Positions 11,201 through 23,200 of a stretch of 64,000 nt of DNA are shown here, piece by piece. The notes beneath the pieces were generated by a model. It searched no databases, was not told the DNA's origin, and worked only from the letters and a program-made list of their open reading frames with translations. A program made the position numbers and the translations under genes. This stretch comes from Lama glama (Eukaryota). The stretch lies in NCBI GenBank assembly GCA_028534125.1, contig CM052827.1, positions 39,866,001 through 39,930,000 of the forward strand, in the 5' to 3' direction. Each line of letters opens with the position of its first letter. Position 1 is the stretch's first letter.

Positions 11201-14200
11201 CACATAGTATCTTTTTAGGTCTGAATGTCCCAGAGCCCCCATTTTCACCTGTACTTGGCAAGAAGAAAAATCTAGACCTGAGAGTCTGATTATGTTGAGG
11301 CACAAAAATGATTTTCATTTTAAGAAATGTCATCAGTGGTGAATTATCGAAGTGAGAGGCAAAAATGGGGTAAAAACAGAGGGAATTACTAACTTTCATC
11401 CCCAGGATGCCTGTCAGCCACGTCTGGCTACCTCCTTCCAAAAGCACTGGCCCCTTGGGTAATGCTGCTTACAAGCAATGGAAGGCTTTGTTTCAGAGAC
11501 CTGAGTGCTGCTCCCTGTGTGAACAGTGGTTATAAAGCCCATTTGGACAAGTCACCTGAGGAAGAATCTCCAGGCTGTCCCCCTGGGCATTGTGAGCCTT
11601 TGGAGGTGAATCCTTTGCTTTTAACATCAAGCTTTACGGTGGCCAGTTTGAAAGAGTGAAAAAAGTCAGTATGAAGTCCTTACCAGCTACTTGGGCCTTC
11701 TTGGTTTTGGCTGTTCATGACAGACTATACTGTATGTACCTCCTTCCCTTCCTGCATATACACAATTCATGGGCTGATCAAGAAGTTCAGAAGTGTTATG
11801 TGTGCCAACAACATACAGTCTCATCTTTACATACCATACCCTCCAACCAACCTTGAAAATCGTACTCAGACCCAGTGGCCATCACTGACATATATGAAAT
11901 AGGGAATTGTACGGTCTACCAAAAAGTTTTCTTACCTGGCAGGGACCTAGCCTATTGCAAGAATCACTGTTTAAAGGGGGACCCTGAGCCCCAACATGCC
12001 ACCATCTCTGGGCCTTAACTGCGTTAGAGTGACTGCTGGCACAAAGGAATATAAGGCTGCTATATATTTTTAAAAAAAGGGGGAAGGGTATAGCTCAAGA
12101 AGTAGAGCCCATGCTTAGCTTGCACGAAGTCCTGGGTTCAATCTCCGGTACCTCCCCCCAAAATAAATAAATAAACCAAAAAAAAAAAAAAGCTACAACC
12201 AAAAAAACTAATGGAACTCATTAACAGATGACAGGAGAACAGTAATAAAATTATGAGGAAAATATATACAAAGAAAGTATTTGTTAGAATTCAACATCCT
12301 TTGAATAATTTAAAATCTTTTACCAAACTAGTGATAGAAAACATAGTATTTAAATTCATAAAGAATATCTATAAGAAAACCTACAGGAAATATATGTCCT
12401 TAAAATCAGGAATAATACCAGGATATTTGGTATCATTGCTTTTATCCAACATTATAAGAATGTCTGGTCAGTAAGACAAGGAATGAAAGGAATAAAGACT
12501 GAAAAGCAAAAACCAAAGTCATTCTTTGCAGATGATTGTGCTATTGTTAGTTGTGATCAGCACAGTAGGTTAAGAAAAAAAACTTTAAAAAGGAATGGAG
12601 GTTTGGAAAGGAAACACTGTTTGAAAAAGATTGTTTTCATTAAAAAATTTCAAAAGAATTTCCATATACATTAGTAGACTAAAATGAGTTAGCTAAGCTG
12701 CTAGATACAACCATTAATTACAAGAGAGAAACAAATAACAAAAACTGATTGCAATAGCAGTCACCAGAAAATGAAATAAAAGGAAATTACTTAAAATGGA
12801 ATCTGTGGTAGCCAGCATTCAAGATGGTGATTCTTGCCTCCTGGAATTCATGCCCTATGCAATCCCCTGAATATGGGGTGGGAATGCATTGAATAGGGCT
12901 GATCCAAAAAACCATTAGGAGATTGTAGATGGCGTGTAACTTCTGAGACTAGTCTGAAAGGGCTCTGTGGCCTCTGCCGTGCTTGCCTTGGGAGGAACGA
13001 GCCACCATGTTGTGAAGACAAATATTTGTAGCTTTATGGAGAGATCCAAGTTGAGAGGAACTGAAGCCTTGCCAACAGCCAGCACTGACCTGGCAGCCAC
13101 AGGAGTGAGCCACTTTGAAACTGGATCCTCCAGCTCCAGCCAAGCCTTCGAGGACTGACATAATGGATTGCAACCTCATGAGCCCCTGGGTCAGAATTAT
13201 CCAGTTAAGCTCCTCCCAAATTCCTGACCCACAGGGACTGTGGGAAATAATACAAGTTAACTGTTGTATTAAGCTACTGAGTTGAGTTTTTTTTTTTGTT
13301 TTTTTTTTTGAGGAGGGGAGAGGAATTTGTAATACAGCAACAGACAACTAACACAACGTTCAAGAACTAATACAACATGGATGCTAGCTGCTATGCTCCA
13401 ATGAGCCCTGGTTCCTTTTAGCAGTGAGGATTACATTCTTAGATATTAGATTCTTCCTGGTGACTTGGTTAACACTGCTGGTTGGTGAAACAAAGAACTA
13501 GGAAAGCTATACATACATACATAATTTTTTAAAGATTTTAAAATTCATATTCACATTTCAATCTAGCCCTATCTTTATTCTAACATATTTAGACACACTT
13601 AATTTTTAAAAAAATCTCTTACTGTTCTCTTTTGTAGTCCTACAGGCCATGTAATGATCTCTCCAGGATGCTCTGGTATCTCATCTGGGATGGAAAGAAA
13701 ATTTGCTTCTTCAGAGCAAAGAGAATTTAAAAGGATTTGCCACATTAGGGCAAAGGGTAAAATTAAGCTTCTTGAAAATGAGGGTCCTTTATCTGACTCC
13801 TGCTATTATCTCATTGTTTCTAATAAATGCAAGGACTTAAATAAAATAATACCTTCTATGGTAACATCCCAGTATGAGTTCATATTCCAGATAGTTCTAA
13901 AAAAGGTGGTCCGAGGATAGCATTCTGGAATGAGCAGTGAGAAAACCCATTCTCTCCCTAGCACTTGTTGGTCTTTAAAATGAAAATAACTCTGATCCTT
14001 TCACATATAATATGCAGCTTCATTTGATGGCCAAGGAGAAAAATCTATCTTAACAAGATGTCTACAGCAAGGCTTGCACCTTGTTAGAGGTCCTCTCTCT
14101 CATTCAATTCTCACAACATTCCTGGGCGATAAATACTCTTAGTTACCCTTGCTTTATTGCCGGGGAAATGGGAGGCTTAGAGAGGTAAAGTAATTAGCCC

Positions 14201-17200
14201 AGGTTCATACAACTGGGAGGAAAGGGAGCCGGGAATTAAACTTCAGTCTCTTGAGCTGAAACTGAGTTCGTCTGCCGAGTTTATGATTAACCTCTCTATC
14301 CAAAACTTTACTCCCTTTCTTTCCCTGAACCTGCTCCCCACAAGATTGAGGAGTATCAAAGAAAAGAGGATTTGAAACCATATACGAGCCCCTGTGTCTG
14401 TGCCCTTTGAAGTAAAAGGCTTTTGCTTTAGTCTCCCAGGCCTCCCTTGAATCTCCAAAGGCTGGCTCAAGAGTGAATGATAAGGAAATGTGAAGATGTA
14501 GAAACAAAGGATAGCTGTTGGGCCAGGAAATGGGCAATAATTTTGACTATAAACCATGTCGCAGAATCACCAAATTCCTAGTTCGCTGAAAGATACAGAT
14601 AACATTCCTAAATTGTTTCTATAGAAGTAGATCCCTACCAGATGAAAACTGCTCACCATAAGCACATAGACCCTAGACCGACTGGAAACAGAAGGTTTTT
14701 GATGATGCTTGAAACTTCACCTTGATGCCAACCAATCCAAGAACTGTGCATGAGCTGATCACATACTCTGTAGCTCCCTCCCTCACAATGCCTTTAAAAC
14801 CCCTTCCCTGAAAGCCATCAGGGAGTTTGGGTCTTTTAAGCATGAGCCGCAGGTTCTCCCTGCTTGGTGCCCTGCAATAAATGCTGTACTTTCCTTCACC
14901 ATAACCCCCCCATGTCAGTTGATTGGTTTTACTGTGCATGGGCAAGTAGACCCAAGTTTGGTTAGGTAACAGAACTGCAAAGCTTCTGCTCTTCCCACCA
15001 TTCACTTCCTCCCCATAAGGAATCTGCCTTCTAAATGGAGAGACGTTCACAACATGTCAGAGACTTCAGATTAACTACCAATATTCTCATTTTACAGTTA
15101 TTAACACACTGGGGTCCAGAGAGCTTTTCATGTGCCTATTGGCCGGCCATCTGTATGTTTTCTTTGGAGAAATGTCTATTTAGATCTTCTGCCCATTTTT
15201 TGACTTGGCAGTTTGTTTTTCTCTTATTGAGTTGTATGAGCTGTTTGTATATTTTAGAAATTAAGCCTTCGTCAGTAGCATCATTTACAAATATTTCCTT
15301 CTAGTTCGTAAGTTGTCTTTTCATTTTGTTTATGGTTTCCTTTGCTGTGCAAAAGCTTATAAGTTTGATTAGATCTCATTTGTTTAATTTTGCTTTTATT
15401 TCTATTGCTTTGGGGGCTGACCTAGGAAAACATTGTTATAATTTATGTCAGAGAATGTTTTGCCTATGTTCACTTCTCTTCGTTTTAGGGGGTCCTGTCT
15501 TATATTTAAGTCATTTTGAGTTTATTTTTGTGTATGGTGTGAGGGAGTATTCTAACTACATTGATTTACATGCTGCTGTTCAGCTTTCCTAATATCACTT
15601 GCCAGAGAGACTGTCTTTTCTCCACTGTATGTTCTTGCCTCCTTTGCCAAAGATTAATTGACCATAAATGTGTGGGTTTATTTCTGAGCTCTGTCCTGTT
15701 CCATTGATCCATATGTCTGTTTTTATGCCAATACCACACTACTTTCATTACTACAGCTTTATAGTATTGTCTGAATTCTGGGAGGGCTATGGCTCCAGCT
15801 TTGTTCTTTTCCCTCAGTATTACTTTGGCAATTCTGAGCCTTTTGTGATTCCATATAAATTTTAGGATTATTTGCTCCAGTACTGTGAAAAATGTCATGG
15901 GTAATTCGATAGAGATCACATTAATTCTGTAGATTGCTTTGGGCCGAATAAGAACACAAAAAGATGCNNNNNNNNNNNNNNNNNNNNNNNNNNNNNNNNN
16001 NNNNNNNNNNNNNNNNNNNNNNNNNNNNNNNNNNNNNNNNNNNNNNNNNNNNNNNNNNNNNNNNNNNNNNNNNNNNNNNNNNNNNNNNNNNNNNNNNNNN
16101 NNNNNNNNNNNNNNNNNNNNNNNNNNNNNNNNNNNNNNNNNNNNNNNNNNNNNNNNNNNNNNNNNNNNNNACTTAAAATAGTTACCATATGATCCAGCAA
16201 TCCTACTCTTGGGCATACATCTGGAGAAAACTCTAATTTGAAAAGATACATGCACCCCAATGTTCATAGTAGNNNNNNNNNNNNNNNNNNNNNNNNNNNN
16301 NNNNNNNNNNNNNNNNNNNNNNNNNNNNNNNNNNNNNNNNNNNNNNNNNNNNNNNNNNNNNNNNNNNNNNNNNNNNNNNNNNNNNNNNNNNNNNNNNNNN
16401 NNNNNNNNNNNNNNNNNNNNNNNNNNNNNNNNNNNNNNNNATGAAGTTAAGTCAGAGAAAGACAAATATCATATAATATCACTAATATATGGAATATAAA
16501 AAATTATACAAACAAACTTATTTATAAAACAGAAACAGACTCACAGCCACAGAAAACAAACTGATAGTTACCAAAGGGAAAAAGGGTGGCAGGGATAAAC
16601 TAGAAGCTTGGGATTAGCAGGTACAGACTATTATATACAAAATAGATGAACAACAAGGTCCTACTGTATAGCACAGGGAACTATATTCAGTATCTTGTAA
16701 TAACCTATAATGAAAAATAATATATATATGTATAACTGAATCAACTATGCTGTATACCAAGAACTAACACAACATTGTGAATCAACTATACTTCAATTTA
16801 AAGAAAAAAAAAGAGGGTATGGATTCAATTAAAGAAGAATATTTAGACTTGAGTGAAGCAGCAAACTGAAAACCACAGTCAGGTGGGTGTGGCCAGTATG
16901 AGTTGTTACTACCCTGTCACTGACAGCAGAGGCAGAGCTCAGCAGGAAACATGGCCCCTGTCCCTCATGAACTGCTCTGCTCACACATCCTGCCCTGTGG
17001 CTAACAGCTAGTCCCCTGAGAGATGCAAACAGTGGCCCAAACCCAGGAGGCCTTTGGGGAAACACTGATCAAAAAGTCTCTGCCCACAATTTTGTAAATT
17101 TTAATCAATTCAACAGCCTAGGCCTCCAAGAGACAGGTCAGGTCTGCCATCCTGGCTATTTGAACCATGGTTAGTGTCTGTGAAGAACAAAACTTTTTTT

Positions 17201-20200
17201 TTTTTAAGTCAAAAGGATGTAAGTTGTTATTGTTTCTGCTGAGGCAGGCAAATCAGCATGTCAAAAAGAAAAGAAACAAATCCACCTCTGAACTTTAATT
17301 ACAATACAACTTTTTATGTAAGAGCATAATAAAGAAATGGAAAAGCCACTTACGGTGAAAAGAACTACTGTAAATTGTGGAAGCTTGAATAGATATTTCT
17401 TTAAAGAAGATACACATTCAGTGGCAGCTCAATCCAGACTGAGAAGGAATTGTGTTTGGTGGAGAGGCCACTCCTCCGCAACCCGACCACCCTCAGGCTA
17501 TTGCAGATCCCTGCGCCTCGTTGGGAGGGAAAAGTAGAGTGGGCAAGACGAACAATAAGCGAAGGAGGAATCAGTAAGGCAGATGAACCTCCAAACACAC
17601 AATGAGGAAACCCAAGCCTCACATCCAGTAGACCACAGGCCCCACATTTCAATAAAAGCCAATTTGTGGATGCAAAGTCTTGTTTTTATGGCACCCTTCT
17701 TGCCAGTCTAATCACTATGCAGCTTCATAAATAATTCTAGGGTTCCAACCTTTATTTACTAAACCAGAATCTCTAGTAACAAAGCCCAAGAAAGTGTTCT
17801 TTTCAAAATCTTCCAGGGGAAAGAACAGTTTTTCCAACAAATGGTGTAGAGACAACTGGACATCCACATGCAAAAGAATGAAGTTGTGTCCCTACCTCAT
17901 ACCTTATAAAAAACTAATTCAAGATGGATCAAAGACCTAAACATAGCTAAAACTATGAGAAGAAAACACAAAGTAAATCTTTGTGATCTTCGATTAGACA
18001 ATGGCTTCTTACATATGACACTAAAAGCACAAACTACCAAATACAAAAATAGATAAAATGGACTTCCTCAAAATTTAAAACTTTTGTGCTTTAAAGGATG
18101 CTTTCAAAAATGAAAAGACAACCCAGAGAATTGGAGATAGTATTTGCAAATATGTATCTGAGAAAGGACTCATATTCAGAATATATAAAGAAATCTTGCC
18201 ATCAACAGATCTGAATAGATATTTCTTTAAGGAAGATATACAAATGGCTAATAAATACATGAAAAGATACTTAGCATCATTAGTTGTTAGGAAATGCAAG
18301 TCAAAACCCCAACGGGATAGGATGTCACACCCACTAGAATGGTTACAATACAAGATAGATTATAGTAGTGTTGGAAAGGATGTAGGGTAAGTGAAACTAT
18401 CATACATTGCTGGTGGGAGTTTAAAATGGTGAGCCTGTTATGTAAAACAGTTTGGTAGTTTCTCAAAAGTTAGACGTAAGATTTTCATATGACCCAGCAA
18501 TTCCACTCTTAGGTATACCCAAGAGAGGTGAAAACAAATGTCCACCCAAAAGCTTGTGTACGAATGTTCAAAGCAGAATTATTATTCATAATAGTCAAAG
18601 AGTGAAAGAACTCAAATGCTCATCAATGGATGAATGGATAAAAAACTGGCACACCCATACAGTGGAATATAGGAATGAAGGAGTGATACATGATACAACC
18701 TTGAACCTTGAAAATCTTGTGTGAAGTGGAAATAAGCCTCAGACAGTATGACTTCCTGTAGTGAAACGTCTAGAATAAGTAAATCCATGGAGAGAGAAAC
18801 TAGATCTGTGGATCCCAAGGGCTGGAGAAGAGCATGGGGAGTGACTGTTAATAGGTGCAGTTTCTTTTTGTGGTGATGAAGATGTTCTGGAATTAGAGAG
18901 TGTGTGAGGTGTGAGTGCACAGCCACCACCTCTGTCTGCCCCAAAATGCTGTACCTGGCCTGAAGGCGTCCGATTCCTTTCTTTGTTGTTCCCTGTGGAA
19001 AGCCATTGGCAGTGACATCCAACGGCTGCTCAGGAACTGCACTCCAGCTGATGGCTGTGAAAAGATAAGATTCTGGGGTTAAAACTGTTCAGTTTTTTGT
19101 AAATGTCAGAGGTGTTTTAATAAACATATTTCCCTACCACTGCAGACCCATGAGAGCTGGCTGGCGCGTCAGAGACAGCGGCTGCCATTCTGAAGCCTGG
19201 CCTCCAGAGCACAGCAGTATAAAGCAGTTCCTGATGCATCCTCCTCCTCATCATAGCAACAACCACTGAGCGTCTACCATATGCTGAACACACAGTAAAC
19301 ACATGAAATAGAGTTTCTCATTTATTCCTCGTAATAACCCTGATAAAGAAATGCTACTCTTCTCTGAAGATGAAGAAACTGAGGCCAAGAGGGGACAAGT
19401 TGCCCAGGGTCACACACAGTATGAACTTGACCCAGTGTGGGTGTCTCTCGAGCCACACTATTGACCACTCGGATGGTAAACTGCCTACCCAGGCTGGGAG
19501 GGTACAGCCCCTCTGAGGTCATTCTGTGGTTGGGGCGTAAGTGGAACCTGAATCCCTTACCTGCCCCACAAGGAACAAGTCGGCCTGGGCTGTCAGCCTT
19601 TTTTGCCTGCATTGCATAGCGGCCGTGTTCAAATAGTAAATCTGACTGCTGTATTTTCACTTCTTGAACTCCAAAGCCTTTGGGTAGAGCCGAGACGTTC
19701 TGACACCTAAATGTGAGGGAAAATGCACGCAGTTTAGGCTCACTCCTTGAGAAAGAGAGTATCTAGGACTGTGGACCACATCACCACCCATGTCTTTGGT
19801 GGGAGGCAAAGGCCTTAGGAGGTGTGTGGATTTATTTATTTGCTTATTTATTTATGGGGAGTATGGTACTGGAGGTTGTGACAAAATAGAATCTAGATCG
19901 TATCAACCTTATGTTTGGAGGAAGAACCCTTGTATCACTCTGAAGTGACAGCTAGGAACTGAGTCACCACTCCTCAAGGACTTCAGTAACATCAAACTCC
20001 ATTCCAGATGTTGGCTTTGAAAGATTTGAAAACCGTAAGCAGAAATATTAACCTGTTGGCATCTGCTTCCTAGTGAATCCTTCAAACAAGCCAGAAACCA
20101 AGATGATCCTTTAATATAAAAGCTTTATTTTTTTTCCTCTCTTGAATATTTCACCCAAACTAGATGCCAACATGAAGTAGGTCTACAACTGAACAGACAG

Positions 20201-23200
20201 CAACTGAACAGACAGACAGTAGGTCTACAACAGTCTCAGAATCAGGAAAACATAGAAAACATCTTGGGTACAGAGCCTAGGGTTGCCTTTTCCCCCCTTA
20301 AGTTCTTTATTGGTATACAGTTTATATAACATAAAATTCACCCATTTAAAGTGCATAATTCATTTTTTTTAGTAGATTGAGAGAATTGTGCAACGATCAC
20401 CACAATCCACATTTACAACATTTTCGTCACCCCAATAAGAAATGCTGCCCATATTGGCAGTCACTTCCTATCCCCTCTCCAGCCCCTGGCATCCATGAAT
20501 CTACTTTCTGTCTCTATGGATTTGCCTATTCTGTACAATTCACTTCATGAAATCACACAAAATGTAGCTTCTTTCACTGAGCATAGGTTTTTCAGGGTTT
20601 ATCCGTGTTGTGACAGGTATCAGCACTCCATTCCTTTTTGTGGCTGAGTAATATTCCACTGCACGGATCTGCCACATTTTATTTATCAATTAGCCAGGTG
20701 GTGGACATTTGGGTTGTTTCACTCTGGGGCTATCATGACTAATGCTGCTATGAACATCCCTGTAAAGGTTTTATGTGGATGTATGCCTTTGTTTCTCCCA
20801 GGCATGTACCTGGCAGTAGAATCAATGGGTCATATCCTGGGGCTGCTTCCCAGAGTCGGCCTCAGGGTGGTACATTTGACAAGGACCCACAGCTTTCCCC
20901 AGCCACGACTCCATCCTGCCCTCAGTTACTACAGCATTAATCAGGTTTGGCTGCCCTTCTTCAGGGAGACCTCACTTGAGTGGTCATCTTTGTCTTTTAT
21001 CTTTTTAAAAATTAACACTAATGATTGAGAGTTTTTAAACATTATGATAGCAATATAGGTACAGTGCATAAAAATTAGAAAACAGAAAGAAAAAAACACC
21101 ACCCATAATATCATAATCATATTAATAATACCTTGGTGTATATCTTCGAAGCTACAATTTTGTTTTCTACTTGTGTATATACTTTAAGACCAAAATGAAC
21201 TCTATTTATCTTCTAAATTGCTCTCTAAACACTATGAGCATCTTCCCATGTTAAATATTCATCAATATTTGTTGTAACAAAAACCACAATCTATTGCTGG
21301 CCATTTCAGTGGTTTCCTTTTGTTTTGTTTTTCAATGAGAACACACAATGTTAAATGAGCACTTTCTTCATTATTTCCTCAGGACAAATCCTAACTCTTT
21401 GTACGTCTGTATGTATGTATGTATGTATGTCCAAGGCTCTTTGAACAAACTCTCAGACTGCTTCTCTGAAACACTATCCCAGCCGAGCCCTCCCTCCCTG
21501 CCCTCCTACCTCCCAGTCAGTGCTCTCTGCATGGCCTCCTGGCTGTACGGGCACTTTCCAATGACCACAGCTGACAGGTAGACGGGCTCTTCTAGGAAGT
21601 GCATCAACAGTGCCCCCTGGCATCCCAGGACGTTCCACCGTGCCAACTTGTCACTGCAGGACATGGAGCAAGTTCTGTCTCCCCGGCCTGGCTTCACTCG
21701 GAGCAGCCCCACCTGGTGATACGCAGCACCAGGCTTCCCTGAGTCTCCAGCTTCTCCCGGCACACACTTGGCTCCAGTTCTATAAACGTCTACCACTTTG
21801 GCACCACCGGGGGCCACTCCAGTAACAGCAGCCAGTTCCTCTGCAGTGAGATTAGAGCTGTTGACTTTTGGTGGGTTTGAGTCACCTTCCTGATTGCCAA
21901 AACTCCGATGGTGAGCCACACAGTCAGAAGTCCCGGGCTCAAGGCTTATCTTTTTGATCACAGGACTATCCAGATCTTCACATTTCCTTTTACCTTCAGG
22001 AGCTTCTAGGTAACCACTGGCTTCTACTGATGGGTTATTAGCCCAATCTCTACTGACAGGACAGCAAGGCTGATCTTCAAACTCAAGCATTGGAATGATG
22101 GAGGCATCCCCACCTGCAGGAGAAGAAATCCCTTAAACCAGTGGTTCTCAGTGAGGTCCCCAGACCAGCTACATTACTGTCCCTTTAGGAACTTGTTGGA
22201 AATGCAAAGTAGACCTGGTGAATCAGAAACTCTGGATGTGGTACCCAGCAGTCTGTTTTAACAAGCTGTCTAGATGATTCTAATGTAAGTTCAAGTTTGA
22301 GAACCACTGCCTTAAACAAAGCTTAATTCTATTCTCCCAAATGAGTAAGAACACTTGACCAAACTTCCCTAATAAGACTCCTCTGGGGCTTTTGCTGAAG
22401 ACCCCATCCAAGACCCAGTTAGTTAGAATTTCTCAGGGGGAGGAGTCTTGAAGATGGAATAGTTTAACAAAGATCCCAGGTGATTCTTATCACAAAAAGT
22501 TTTGGAAACACTAATTTAGACCAGGGTATCTCAACCTCCACACTGACATTCTGGGCCAGATAATTCTTTGCCTGGGGGCTGTCATGTATATTACAGGATG
22601 GTTAGCAGCCTCCTTGATCTCTGCCCTCTACATATCAATAGCACCCCTGAGTCTGACCATCAAAAATGTCTGCAGATGTTGCCAAATGTCCCCTGGGCAG
22701 CAAAACTGTCCTCAGTTGAGAACCCCTGGTTTAGAATGAGCACTGTTTCCCAAGCGCATTTTGTGGAATATTATCCCATAAGATGCCATGGGAAACAAAA
22801 GTGGACGGTTGATTTCATGGTTAAATAAATTTGGCAAATAATGCTCACCATTTCCCCATCTTGGCGATTTATGTGCATATCCTCACAGTAAAGACTGACG
22901 TTTCTCCCTGCTGGTTTAGAGATTTCTGACCTACTTTGTGTTTATAGAGAATCAAAGAAAACCAGAGGTCAGTAAAAATCACAGCATCCCCTTGGAAAGG
23001 GAGCTACTCCTTCAGACTCTAACCTAATGTGTGGTGATTTCTACAGTGTGTAAATAATACATCTGTGGTCTATATAACCTAAGAGTGGGAAGGGCAAGAA
23101 AGACAGAAGTGGAAGTACTGCCAGAAAGGCTGGCTGGCAGGCTTCCAGAGACCTCACAAGGTGACAGTGACTTTAGAGAATTCACCAGGGCCTACCTCCA

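Noticed and set aside
15566-16499. Long ORFs of up to 299 aa
   Set aside because: Artefacts of translating through N gaps in L1 sequence.
19831-19880. Possible truncated SINE 3' fragment on the minus strand
   Set aside because: Too short and diverged to call.
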